34,104 bases of DNA from a virus. Lineage: Duplodnaviria; Caudoviricetes. A program made the position numbers and the translations under genes. Of this stretch, positions 18,133 to 26,999 are shown in pieces (the first letter of the stretch is position 1; each line of letters opens with the position of its first letter). The DNA lies in IMG/VR virus record IMGVR_UViG_3300043447_000197, positions 1-34,104 of that record; one strand, written 5' to 3'. The notes below the pieces were generated by a model. The model made no database searches and was not told the origin of the DNA. It was given only the letters and a program-made list of their open reading frames with translations.

Positions 18133-18357
18133 ATGAAGCTAGAAGGCTACGACTATGATATCGATGAGCGATATAGGATGCTGCTCCAAAGAGTAGACGA
18201 TATCACTTCTGAGATATATACTCTTGGTGCCTTTGAGCAAAGAAAAGCATTTATGGATAAGATTAGAGAAATTATCCAAGCCAAGGACATTGCTGGCGAT
18301 CAGATTGCCGTAGAGGTGTTGTGCTGGACACTAGAGCAACTTGCTTTTGAATCATAA
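18133..18357 (+). CDS. Hypothetical protein
   Basis: ORF; TATAAT 18121-18126 lies 6 nt upstream. Confidence 0.7.
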   Translation: MKLEGYDYDIDERYRMLLQRVDDITSEIYTLGAFEQRKAFMDKIREIIQAKDIAGDQIAVEVLCWTLEQLAFES

Positions 18358-18395
18358 GTCTGGTATACTATTAATCTTACCCCAAAAGAGGGTAC

Positions 18396-18417
18396 ATTGT
18401 TACACAAATGTAACAAT
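18396..18417. promoter_or_regulatory. Palindromic operator-like site upstream of nrdH
   Basis: ATTGTTACA-caaa-TGTAACAT-type perfect 9-bp inverted repeat (ATTGTTACA/TGTAACAAT). Confidence 0.5.
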
Positions 18418-18478
18418 TTGAAAGACAAACTTTTTAATACAATTGTATAATTGTATCTATAATCACAGAGGAGATATC

Positions 18479-18709
18479 ATGACAACGGTTTATTCAAAGC
18501 CAGCCTGCGTTCAATGCGAACAGACAAAGAAGTTACTTGACAGAAACGGTGTTGAATATACTGTGGTAGATATCACACAAGACTTGCAGGCTTACGACAA
18601 GATCGTGAGCATGGGATTCATGTCAGTTCCAGTTGTAGTTTCTGGCGATCAATCATGGGCAGGATTCCAACCAGATAAGATTAATTCTCTTTCATCAGAA
18701 GCTGCCTAA
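18479..18709 (+). CDS. nrdH: NrdH-like glutaredoxin
   Basis: VYSKPACVQC, PVVV, WAGFQPDKI; RBS GAGGAG. Confidence 0.92.
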   Translation: MTTVYSKPACVQCEQTKKLLDRNGVEYTVVDITQDLQAYDKIVSMGFMSVPVVVSGDQSWAGFQPDKINSLSSEAA

Positions 18710-18710
18710 T

Positions 18711-19577
18711 GTGTCCGATAGCAATATTGCACACCCAGGAGACTCAAGATTTCATTGGGTAGATGAAGTAACTGGCGAAAAGATGTCAGCCCTATGGGTA
18801 AAGACATCTGATGATAGCCGTTTATCTGACTTTAAGTATAAAGTTTCAGAGCATATACAGGGAGATATCTACTCTAACAGGCTGGCAGAAAGCATAGATG
18901 GCTTTAAGATGCTTGATACTGTGACACAAATAGAAGACTTAGACCTTCGTGATGATGCCTTTACCTCTGACCATTCAGGAAAATACCATGTACTGTTTGC
19001 AGGGTGCTCAATCACGTGGGGTACTGGCCTTGAAAAAGGTGAGAGATGGATTGATCTTGTATATAAAGAAATAAACAATAATAAGGAATGCTCTGGACTC
19101 TTCAATGTCGCTCAGGAGGGTGATGGGATTCAGTCTCAGGTTGGGCACATATTAGAGTACGCATCCAAGTATGGCAAGCCTGATCTGATTATGTTTAACA
19201 TACCAGATTTCTGGAGGCTGATTGTAGATGATGGGGTCTATAGAGTATATTCTGGAGAGCATTCCAACTACTCGTCTGACTCTCTTGCAAAAATGTTAAT
19301 CAGTATAGGAAAGCATTACTATAAAATTCTTCAAGATTTTTGTGTAGCAAATGAGATTAAGCTAATATCATTTAGCTGGGACACAGTTACAAATAATATA
19401 TTAAAAGATTTTACAGACTTTATATACATTGATAAAGATTATCTAGATAGACTTACATTCAAATATGATGATGGTGGAGAATACTCCATGCAAGCAAGGG
19501 ATGGGCTGCATCCAGGAACAGCAGCAAACAAATCTTGGTCAGAAATAGTTATAAATAACTATCGATCTAGAACTTGA
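18711..19577 (+). CDS. SGNH-fold protein, paralog of 4530..5426
   Basis: VLFAGCSITWG, FNVAQEG, DGLHPG. Confidence 0.75.
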   Translation: MSDSNIAHPGDSRFHWVDEVTGEKMSALWVKTSDDSRLSDFKYKVSEHIQGDIYSNRLAESIDGFKMLDTVTQIEDLDLRDDAFTSDHSGKYHVLFAGCSITWGTGLEKGERWIDLVYKEINNNKECSGLFNVAQEGDGIQSQVGHILEYASKYGKPDLIMFNIPDFWRLIVDDGVYRVYSGEHSNYSSDSLAKMLISIGKHYYKILQDFCVANEIKLISFSWDTVTNNILKDFTDFIYIDKDYLDRLTFKYDDGGEYSMQARDGLHPGTAANKSWSEIVINNYRSRT

Positions 19578-19602
19578 CACACTAAGCATTCTGTGTCATA
19601 AT
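19574..19602 (+). promoter_or_regulatory. Promoter with overlapping inverted repeat
   Basis: TTGACA-17-CATAAT; TGACACA/TGTGTCA inverted repeat spans the spacer. Confidence 0.6.
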
Positions 19603-19631
19603 ATATACAACTAATAGAAAATGGTGTAATA

Positions 19632-19793
19632 GTGAACTGGGATTTAATCTGGGTAATGCTATCTGATCCAAACCATATCGTAGTAGATTTTTTTTGGAAT
19701 ACTATTTATGAGTTGACAGTTGCAATTATTTCGTATAGAGTTATAATTAAGAAGCTAGAAAAGAGATTTAAAAATAATGACAAACAAAATTAA
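19632..19793 (+). CDS. 53-aa membrane peptide (not in ORF track)
   Basis: MNWDLIWVMLSDPNHIVVDFFWNTIYELTVAIISYRVIIKKLEKRFKNNDKQN; similar to 20770..20943. Confidence 0.65.
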   Translation: MNWDLIWVMLSDPNHIVVDFFWNTIYELTVAIISYRVIIKKLEKRFKNNDKQN

Positions 19794-20487
19794 AGTATTG
19801 GATGAAGGATATGTCAGACTGGTTGACACTCTTGGAGATGACCTTAGCATTGTTAACGCTGCTCGTGTTAGTTATGATAAGGAAAGTAACGAATTCTCTG
19901 AACGAGATACAAAGCTCATTGAATTCCTTATTAGAGAAGGACACACAAGTCCACTACGTCACACAGCCCTCACCATGGAGGTTTACGCACCACTCTTCGT
20001 CGCAAGACAGTGGTGGAAGTACGCTGTAGCTTCATCTCATGTTGATGATCAGAATGGTTGGAATGAATCATCTCGTCGCTACATTACAGAAGATGAGCAG
20101 TTCTACATACCGTTGTCTGATGAATGGCGTAGTAAGCCAGAGAATAGTAAGCAGGGTAGCGGTGAGCCAATTGATGAAGAAAAGGGTGCTTGGTATTTTG
20201 AGAAACTAATTCAGACAGTAGCGTCTGGAAGCAGCCTATATCATCAAGCCATGGACGATAACATTGCTCCAGAACTTGCTAGACTATTCTTGCCAGCATA
20301 TGGAATGTATGTTCGCTGGCGTTGGACTGCATCACTACAGGCTGTAATGACATTCCTAGATCAGCGTCTAGAGCATGATGCACAATGGGAAATTCAGCAG
20401 TATGCAAAAGCTGTTAACGACTTGACAAATAACGCATTTCCACGTACAATGGAACTATACAAGAAATTTAAGGAGAACAATGATTAA
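19777..20487 (+). CDS. thyX: Flavin-dependent thymidylate synthase
   Basis: VNAARVSY, GHTSP, PLFVARQ, NESSRRY, ELARLFLP, RLEHDAQWEI. Confidence 0.93.
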   Translation: MTNKIKVLDEGYVRLVDTLGDDLSIVNAARVSYDKESNEFSERDTKLIEFLIREGHTSPLRHTALTMEVYAPLFVARQWWKYAVASSHVDDQNGWNESSRRYITEDEQFYIPLSDEWRSKPENSKQGSGEPIDEEKGAWYFEKLIQTVASGSSLYHQAMDDNIAPELARLFLPAYGMYVRWRWTASLQAVMTFLDQRLEHDAQWEIQQYAKAVNDLTNNAFPRTMELYKKFKENND

Positions 20488-20770
20488 GCCACTAGAAGAT
20501 AAGGTCCTAGTAAAGCCAGTAGAAGAGGCTGAAAAGACAAGTGCAAGCGGTCTCATTATTGCAAGCACAAGCAATGAGAAGCCAACAGAAGCTATTGTGA
20601 TTGCAGTGGGTCCAGGCTTTACTGCAGCAAATGGAGATAAGGTTACTATTGATCTTAATCCAGGTGACAAGGTTATCTATTCTAAGTACTCAGGTACTGA
20701 GATTGAGCATGAACACCAGAAGTTTATTATCCTACCTTACCGTGACATCTTCGCTGTAATTGAGGGATAA
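20480..20770 (+). CDS. groES: Co-chaperonin GroES
   Basis: IKPLEDKVLV, TSASGLII, IAVGPG, GDKVIYSKYSGTEI. Confidence 0.95.
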   Translation: MIKPLEDKVLVKPVEEAEKTSASGLIIASTSNEKPTEAIVIAVGPGFTAANGDKVTIDLNPGDKVIYSKYSGTEIEHEHQKFIILPYRDIFAVIEG

Positions 20771-20943
20771 TGCACACTGGAGAACTACTTGAGGTTGTAT
20801 TTGGTATTGAGCACATCATTGCAGAATTCTTTTGGAATGCTGTGTTTGCACTGGCTGTACTAGGTTTGTCTAAGGCTCGTGCATTGCGTAAAATCCACAA
20901 GTATATTGATGATAGGCATGAGGTGAAGCATGACAAGTACTGA
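20770..20943 (+). CDS. 57-aa membrane peptide (not in ORF track)
   Basis: MHTGELLEVVFGIEHIIAEFFWNAVFALAVLGLSKARALRKIHKYIDDRHEVKHDKY; TAATG coupling to groES. Confidence 0.7.
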   Translation: MHTGELLEVVFGIEHIIAEFFWNAVFALAVLGLSKARALRKIHKYIDDRHEVKHDKY

Positions 20944-21142
20944 GTTAAAGTGTAACTGGCCATATGGATATTTACACATCTCACAAGACTTGCTGGATGA
21001 CCAGAAAAAGTATCAGAGAGCAGCAGTATATAATGAAATCATTAAAGATCTTGAGTCTGAGCTATATGCAAATAAGGATGAAGATCAATTCTATGGGTAT
21101 GCTATCAAGGCAGTAATCGAACGAATACAATCCAAGATATAA
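20930..21142 (+). CDS. Hypothetical protein
   Basis: ORF with GAGGTG RBS. Confidence 0.65.
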   Translation: MTSTELKCNWPYGYLHISQDLLDDQKKYQRAAVYNEIIKDLESELYANKDEDQFYGYAIKAVIERIQSKI

Positions 21143-21148
21143 AGTTTT

Positions 21149-21225
21149 GGGGCAGTAGTTCAGTCGGTTAGAGCACCACTCTTATAAGGTGGTTGTCGTG
21201 GGTTCAAGTCCCACCTGCCCTACCA
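21149..21225 (+). tRNA. tRNA-Ile(UAU)
   Basis: Acceptor GGGGCAG/CTGCCCT-A-CCA; anticodon arm CCACT-CTTATAA-GGTGG; T arm GTGGG-TTCAAGT-CCCAC. Confidence 0.92.
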
Positions 21226-21226
21226 A

Positions 21227-21300
<74 letters not shown>

Positions 21301-21320
21301 CAAGTGCTATAATGAATAAT

Positions 21321-21860
21321 ATGATAAAAGTAATTAATAATTTTGTTTCTAGAAAACAAGCACAAGAAATAATTGACTTTATCGAAAGCAATCTTTCTGC
21401 TTTTGTTTATAACGAAGACAGAAAAAGATACATGCTTCGTTTTGGGTATGATGAAGAGTTGCCTGATCAAGCAATCCACTCAATGGAAATCACATTAGAG
21501 ATAAATGAATTGCTGCTGAGTATATTTGCTAAAACAAATAACATTGTTGGTCCAGAGCTATTCCTAACCTCGTGGTTTATTTCAAAACAAATTCCAGGAG
21601 CAAGGCTTTTGCCACACAAAGATGGCGGTATTGGAATCAATGAGCATCTTGAGTATACTGCAATGCTTTATCTAAATGATCTTGATAACAATGGCACAAT
21701 CAACTTTCCAGAATTAGACATAAACATTACCCCACAGCTTGGGGACCTAGTTATATTTAGATCGCTTGACCATGAGCATTCTGTATCAGAGATAACACAA
21801 GATAGATACTCATTGCCTATGTGGTTTACTAAAGATGAAAGCTTAAAGTTTAATGGATAA
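21321..21860 (+). CDS. 2OG-Fe(II) oxygenase, prolyl 4-hydroxylase-like
   Basis: PHKD...TAMLYLND...NFP...GDLVIF...HSV...RYSL; ATG 21312 overlaps the -10 (TATAAT 21308-21313), so 21321 is preferred. Confidence 0.85.
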   Translation: MIKVINNFVSRKQAQEIIDFIESNLSAFVYNEDRKRYMLRFGYDEELPDQAIHSMEITLEINELLLSIFAKTNNIVGPELFLTSWFISKQIPGARLLPHKDGGIGINEHLEYTAMLYLNDLDNNGTINFPELDINITPQLGDLVIFRSLDHEHSVSEITQDRYSLPMWFTKDESLKFNG

Positions 21861-22782
21861 GATTTTTATAAGCATTGCTGCATACCGTGACCCACTTCTG
21901 GTAAGAACTTTGAAGCAGGCATATGAAAAAGCAGATAATCCAGATTCACTTATTTTTGCCTTGGGTATGCAGTATGAGCCAGAAATATATCCAGACTTAT
22001 CTTTTATCCCAAGAGATCAACTAAGAATTATAAACTATCACATTCCAACTAGACCTGGTGTCGCTAGGATCAGATATGAAATAGCTAAGTCTTCATATAT
22101 AAATGAAAAGTATTTCTTAATGATTGATTCGCATATGATATTCCAAGATGGATGGGACACATGGTTAATTAATTCACTAAATGGCTTGGGTGATAAATCT
22201 GTCATCACTGGTCTTGGTGAGATTCATGATGGGATAATCAACCTACAAACATGCAGAGTCATTGATGGACAAAAAGATTTGGTGTTTCAGAGAAACGAAT
22301 ACCACATTCCTGTGTCTGATGAAAAGTTTATTAAAACAAACTATATAACATGTGGGTTCATGTTTACTTATGGAGACTTTCTTAATGAAGTTGGGCTTGA
22401 TGAGTATAGCCATTTCGATGCAGAGGAGCCATACCTTTCATGGAGAACATTTATGTCTGGATGGGACATATACCACACAACAGAATGGGTAATTAACCAT
22501 TCCCCAGAAAATTATTATGACGATGCATGGGGAGGGTTTGAGAGTAGAAAGTTTGTGAGAGACGATCTTGAGCAGGTAAATAGAAAATTCTTAATCCTGC
22601 AGAAGGGGTTGGCTTATGTCTACAATGACTACTCATACTATTCTATAAAGAACTCTACAAGAAAGCCTGTAGACTGGTTTTTAAGCTGTGGACATACTGA
22701 AAGTGATTATGCAAAAATTAGTGAATATTTTGACAAAATCATACACAACAACCTAACAGAACGTGATATACTAATATTATGA
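21853..22782 (+). CDS. GT60-family glycosyltransferase
   Basis: KIFISIAAYRDPLL...ADNPDSLIFALGMQ, PGVARIR, YFLMIDSHMIFQDGWD, CGFMF, AEEPYLSWRTFMSGWDIY. Confidence 0.85.
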   Translation: MDKIFISIAAYRDPLLVRTLKQAYEKADNPDSLIFALGMQYEPEIYPDLSFIPRDQLRIINYHIPTRPGVARIRYEIAKSSYINEKYFLMIDSHMIFQDGWDTWLINSLNGLGDKSVITGLGEIHDGIINLQTCRVIDGQKDLVFQRNEYHIPVSDEKFIKTNYITCGFMFTYGDFLNEVGLDEYSHFDAEEPYLSWRTFMSGWDIYHTTEWVINHSPENYYDDAWGGFESRKFVRDDLEQVNRKFLILQKGLAYVYNDYSYYSIKNSTRKPVDWFLSCGHTESDYAKISEYFDKIIHNNLTERDILIL

Positions 22783-22979
22783 CTATTAATCAAAAATGTA
22801 CCTTTTGTGGTAATGAAAATATGGCAGAGATCAAGTATGGGTTTCCTACACCAACTATGATTGATCGTGCAAAGCAAGAAATTATTGCTCTTGGTGGACT
22901 AAATAATTATGGTGCAACACACTATTGTTACTCATGTAATGAGACATTTCCACCATCTGAATGGCCAAGTGTGGAATAG
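22779..22979 (+). CDS. Small zinc-ribbon protein
   Basis: CTFC...IKYG.P...LGG...CYSC; leaderless TATACT. Confidence 0.7.
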   Translation: MTINQKCTFCGNENMAEIKYGFPTPTMIDRAKQEIIALGGLNNYGATHYCYSCNETFPPSEWPSVE

Positions 22980-23000
22980 ATCACACTTTTAACAAATGGC

Positions 23001-23030
23001 TTGACAACACCCCTAATAACCTGATATACT
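23001..23030 (+). promoter_or_regulatory. Sigma70-type promoter followed by 5' UTR hairpin (AGACACC/GGTGTCT, ~23045-23067)
   Basis: TTGACA-18-TATACT. Confidence 0.7.
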
Positions 23031-23088
23031 ATATAGTAAGTACAGACACCCTTTAAAAAGGTGTCTTTGCTTTTCTAAAGGAGGAAGC

Positions 23089-23670
23089 ATGATACAACCA
23101 GAAAATAATGGCAAAATCGGCTTAGCTGGTATTGCTATTGTCGTTATGTTGGCAGTTGCTTCAAGTGCAAACGCTAACGCTGTTACCGTTTCCCCCCGTC
23201 TACAAGATAACGCAAAGCTTGTAAACGCTACGGTAGCACCTACGCCAAGCCCGTTAGAACAGGCTACAGAGATAGCAAAAACCGTTTCTAAAACTAAGTA
23301 TGACACTAATGACATGCTTACGGCTGAGGAGCTCAAAGCTGTACTATTCAGCGTTGGCTTCCGTGGCAACAATCTAAAAGAGGCATGGGCTATTGCGATG
23401 AAAGAGTCAAACGGGAGACCGTTGGCACATAATCGTAATTCCAACACTGGAGACAATTCATATGGAATATTCCAAATCAATATGATTGGATCCCTAGGGC
23501 CAGACAGATTAGAGAAGTTTGATTTGAAAAAGAACTCAGACCTATTTGATCCAGTAGCTAGTGCTAAGATTGCCTTCTTTATGTCTAATGGAGGCCAAGA
23601 CTGGTCTGCATGGCATGGGATAACATCAAGAACTAAGGAGTTCATGAAGGATTTCCCTAGTGGTTCATAA
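23089..23670 (+). CDS. Exported lytic transglycosylase (lysozyme-like fold)
   Basis: Signal or anchor helix; AIAMKESNG, SYGIFQIN, LFDP, GGQDWSAW. Confidence 0.85.
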   Translation: MIQPENNGKIGLAGIAIVVMLAVASSANANAVTVSPRLQDNAKLVNATVAPTPSPLEQATEIAKTVSKTKYDTNDMLTAEELKAVLFSVGFRGNNLKEAWAIAMKESNGRPLAHNRNSNTGDNSYGIFQINMIGSLGPDRLEKFDLKKNSDLFDPVASAKIAFFMSNGGQDWSAWHGITSRTKEFMKDFPSGS

Positions 23671-24082
23671 CCTAATACACAGAGTTTACCCTAACCCAGA
23701 AAAGTTTTGGATAACAATCGAAACCGAAAATCTTTTGGGTGGGGTAAACTTTGTTAGTGATGGCATTAACGAGTATTTATCTATTCCTTTTGAAGACATT
23801 AATAGGAATCCATTTGACTATGAGGATTCAGCAACAAGGTACTCTGTAAAACTAATAAGATATATAGTTGACTCCGATATCAGCAAGTACATGTCTTTAG
23901 ATGGCATTGAAGAGCTGGTACTTTGTAGAGTAAACAATCCAGATATGTTTGAGTTTCCAGAGCAAAGATATGCAATATATTTCCCAGGGACAAATGCCCT
24001 AGCAGTGGGAGAGCATGTTCCAGTTGATAAGCGTGTATTTGAAACTAATCAAATATTCGTAGTGCTATTACTTAAACAGTAG
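23660..24082 (+). CDS. Hypothetical protein
   Basis: 140-aa ORF overlapping the upstream stop. Confidence 0.55.
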   Translation: MVHNLIHRVYPNPEKFWITIETENLLGGVNFVSDGINEYLSIPFEDINRNPFDYEDSATRYSVKLIRYIVDSDISKYMSLDGIEELVLCRVNNPDMFEFPEQRYAIYFPGTNALAVGEHVPVDKRVFETNQIFVVLLLKQ

Positions 24083-24515
24083 CCCATTTTATTATGTTGC
24101 ACTGACCATGAGATGGTCTTACATTTTCAATAGTATCTAGCCCACCCTTTGATAGTGGGAATACATGATCAATGTGCAATGACTTTTCCCATCCAGGCTT
24201 ACCACACTGACGCTGGGCATCAAGATCAATTGGTCCAAGACATATATGACACTTGGCACCATACATCTCTACAACCTGGATATCTGAGTAAAGACCAACC
24301 TCACCCTTATATCTTCTTCCACGTCTATTCCCTCCAGGGGTACGCTGTCTCCAGGCCCTACGAAGGTCGTTAATGGCTCTATTACGTTCTAATCTCTGCT
24401 GCTTCCAGTGGGCTCTCATCGCCTCTCTACAGGCCTCACAGGGGGCCTCTCGCAGCTTTCTGGTGTGGGTGTTGTATCCAGACATAGTCCCACATTTGTT
24501 TATATTATTAGTCAT
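24072..24515 (-). CDS. HNH endonuclease
   Basis: CHIC...HIDHVFPLSKGG...NVRPSHGQCN; N-terminal CGT..GY..H...PCEAC. Confidence 0.9.
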   Translation of the reverse strand: MTNNINKCGTMSGYNTHTRKLREAPCEACREAMRAHWKQQRLERNRAINDLRRAWRQRTPGGNRRGRRYKGEVGLYSDIQVVEMYGAKCHICLGPIDLDAQRQCGKPGWEKSLHIDHVFPLSKGGLDTIENVRPSHGQCNIIKWATV

Positions 24516-24521
24516 TATTCC

Positions 24522-24752
24522 TTATTTTGTGGGGGCACAGACTGAGCAATCGTCAATGTCACAGTCTATACATACATCATTCATTGTGTCCATCTTTTGA
24601 AATATTGTTTGTTTGTCTCTATAGTCAAAGTTAAACGTTATGCATGCAACGTATTCGCCACGCATACCCAAAATCCATGCAACCGCATTAAGAATCTTTG
24701 ATTTCCAATTTGGCATATCTAGCACTGCCATAGATACTGGCTCTTTATTCAT
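24522..24752 (-). CDS. Hypothetical protein with C-terminal Cys cluster
   Basis: ORF coupled to the GT8; CIDC...CSVC. Confidence 0.6.
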   Translation of the reverse strand: MNKEPVSMAVLDMPNWKSKILNAVAWILGMRGEYVACITFNFDYRDKQTIFQKMDTMNDVCIDCDIDDCSVCAPTK

Positions 24753-25548
24753 TCGAACCCACTCCTTCGTACATCTTTCTATATGTATTATGCCACAAGT
24801 CAGACCACTTTGTATTAAGATCTTTTACCCATGGCTTATCTTCTCCAGCAAAATGTACAATCAATGGATTTGGATTTAATCTTGCAAACACAGCAATCTC
24901 TGGATCAGACATCCAATAATGAAAGCTGTTAAAAGAAAATGATAGTGGACTCCAGACATCAATGAAAACATGATTCATTGCATCCTGCTCTGGATTTCTG
25001 GTTGGTCCATACTTCTTAACGAACTCAAGCATCTTCTCTTCTGCCTTAGAGTCTCTCCAGTACTTTAGGTCAGCAATGAATACTCCATTGTTGAAGTATG
25101 CCCTATCTGGATCATTGAATACCTGAACATTCATTGAGTGAAACTCTTCTATTGCGTGAATCTTATTTGTAGGGGTAAAGTTTATGAGTGGTGAGATGTC
25201 TCTGCATACCACGATGTCTGAGTCTATGTAGATTGCCCTATCATAATCTGGCAAGATAGACCCAAGAAATATCCTGTGGTTACAGTTCATACTGATATGT
25301 TCGTATGAGTGTGCCTGATTTGCATCAACCATCTTTATGTATTTTGGAGAACATCTAAATTCAACATCCAGATTATCTGCAGCAAGTGTCTTCACATACT
25401 CATCATAGAGTGGCAAAACTTCTGGGGAAACAAGACAAACAATCTTAATCTTATCTTTACCGTGGTAGTTGTCAGATAGTGACCTCAGAGATACCTGCGA
25501 TGGTATCACGTAGTTCTTATCAAAAGATGTTACAATTACTGTTTTCAT
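24745..25548 (-). CDS. GT8-family glycosyltransferase
   Basis: FDKNY, RAIYIDSDIVV, YFNNGVFIADL, EQDAMN, IVHFAGEDKPW. Confidence 0.9.
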   Translation of the reverse strand: MKTVIVTSFDKNYVIPSQVSLRSLSDNYHGKDKIKIVCLVSPEVLPLYDEYVKTLAADNLDVEFRCSPKYIKMVDANQAHSYEHISMNCNHRIFLGSILPDYDRAIYIDSDIVVCRDISPLINFTPTNKIHAIEEFHSMNVQVFNDPDRAYFNNGVFIADLKYWRDSKAEEKMLEFVKKYGPTRNPEQDAMNHVFIDVWSPLSFSFNSFHYWMSDPEIAVFARLNPNPLIVHFAGEDKPWVKDLNTKWSDLWHNTYRKMYEGVGSNE

Positions 25549-25600
25549 ACGTATATTATCTCATATAACTTAGTTTTGTGTATGATGGTATACTTATATT

Positions 25601-25765
25601 ATGGATCTTCATGAGGAAATTGGCAACATACTATTTAAGATAGGCCAGGATGTCAAGATACACAAGATGCCAGACGGGCATTTGATTATTGACATAAACT
25701 ATGAAGACTATGTTGAAGAAATCGTTTGCCTTTTTGATGATTTTCTTGACACGATTTCGGAATGA
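25601..25765 (+). CDS. 54-aa hypothetical protein (not in ORF track)
   Basis: MDLHEEIGNILFKIGQDVKIHKMPDGHLIIDINYEDYVEEIVCLFDDFLDTISE; TGGTATACT 6 nt upstream. Confidence 0.65.
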   Translation: MDLHEEIGNILFKIGQDVKIHKMPDGHLIIDINYEDYVEEIVCLFDDFLDTISE

Positions 25766-25771
25766 GTTAAC

Positions 25772-26047
25772 TTGAGCAAAATATCTGATATAGCAGGCCC
25801 CTATATCAATCAATTTAAAAGATCCCCAGTGTGGGTAAAGATCGTTGCCTCCCTGTGCATCCTTTGGCTTACAATGCCAATTGACCCATGGGACATCCTC
25901 TTTCCATGGCTTGCCTTTCATGATGACATATTCGTTGCTGGCTTGCTCCTAAAGCTATTGCATAAGTACGGGGGATTGCCAGATGAAGACCCTACAACAC
26001 CAAAGGATATCGTTAGTAAGCTTGTTAAGAAAAAGCACAAACACTAA
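25772..26047 (+). CDS. DUF1232/YkvA-like membrane protein
   Basis: LWLTMPIDPWDILFPWLAFHDD resembles SPIDLIPD..P..G..DD. Confidence 0.65.
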   Translation: MSKISDIAGPYINQFKRSPVWVKIVASLCILWLTMPIDPWDILFPWLAFHDDIFVAGLLLKLLHKYGGLPDEDPTTPKDIVSKLVKKKHKH

Positions 26048-26082
26048 ATGATATAATAAGATAGATTAAGAAAGAAGTCTTT

Positions 26083-26913
26083 ATGAGAATTAGCTGGATG
26101 CAAAGGTTTAACTGGGACAACAGCTCAGAGGGATTGCTTGATATGGCAAAGACTCTTGATGACGCTGGCGTGTACTCAGTGCTACTTCCATATGGATCGA
26201 ACAGCCCTGATTATTTCACATGGCTACCAGACCTTATCCACAACACCAACAACCTTAAGTTTATGATGGCATTAAGACCATACGCACTTACCCCAGAATA
26301 TGCATCTAAGATATATAGAACTGCATTTGATGTTTTTAGAAATAGAGTTACACTAAACGTTGTGGCTGGGGCACTGTCTCCAGAAGAAGAACAGTATACA
26401 TTGAAATACTACAACGGCAATCCTGAAGATATAAACAATATAGATAAAAGGATCGAACTTGCTGATAAGTGGACAGAAATTTTCTGTAGCATTTTTAATG
26501 ATAACCAACCTGGTCCTGAGTTACCAGAAATGTATACCATAGCCAACTCTCCTAGGACGCTAGAGTTAGCTAAGAAGTATTGCCAATATGCTATCCACTC
26601 AGATGGCAGAACTGAATACAACGTTGCCAATGCTGGATCAGACCTAAAACTAGTAATGATAATTGATCCACTTATCCTCAATGACGATGGGACTTCGGAC
26701 GTAGAGTATTTGTGGCAGCCCACTCAGCTGGAGCAGGCTAACAACAACAAGGAACATAGAGAGCAGCACCATGCCATCCGTGGGACCTATAAGCAAGTGA
26801 AGAATCAGTTGATTGATATCTCCAATAAGTACGGCATTGAGGACTTTTTGGTTCACACTGACCAGGCGGATATAAGCAAGATTCTTAAATTAGTTAAAGA
26901 TTTATCACTATAA
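26083..26913 (+). CDS. Luciferase-like (LLM) flavin-dependent monooxygenase
   Basis: GVYSVLLP, LKFMMALRPY..TPEY, RVTLNVVAG, AIRGT. Confidence 0.8.
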   Translation: MRISWMQRFNWDNSSEGLLDMAKTLDDAGVYSVLLPYGSNSPDYFTWLPDLIHNTNNLKFMMALRPYALTPEYASKIYRTAFDVFRNRVTLNVVAGALSPEEEQYTLKYYNGNPEDINNIDKRIELADKWTEIFCSIFNDNQPGPELPEMYTIANSPRTLELAKKYCQYAIHSDGRTEYNVANAGSDLKLVMIIDPLILNDDGTSDVEYLWQPTQLEQANNNKEHREQHHAIRGTYKQVKNQLIDISNKYGIEDFLVHTDQADISKILKLVKDLSL

Positions 26914-26964
26914 GTTCGGGCGAAAAGTTCGGCGGTATATAAGAAGGCAATCCAAGCCACAGGC

Positions 26965-26993
26965 TTGACAAATTCTCCCATCCGTGAGATAAT
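26965..26993 (+). promoter_or_regulatory. Promoter for leaderless gene at 27000
   Basis: TTGACA-17-GATAAT-6 nt-ATG. Confidence 0.7.
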
Positions 26994-26999
26994 AAGTAT

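Noticed and set aside
19688-19695. T8 run as frameshift or phase-variation site
   Set aside because: Reads in frame as D-F-F-W, a motif shared with the paralog at 20770
26913-26935. Tandem AAGTTCGG words after the LLM gene
   Set aside because: Only two copies and no clear structure; not enough support
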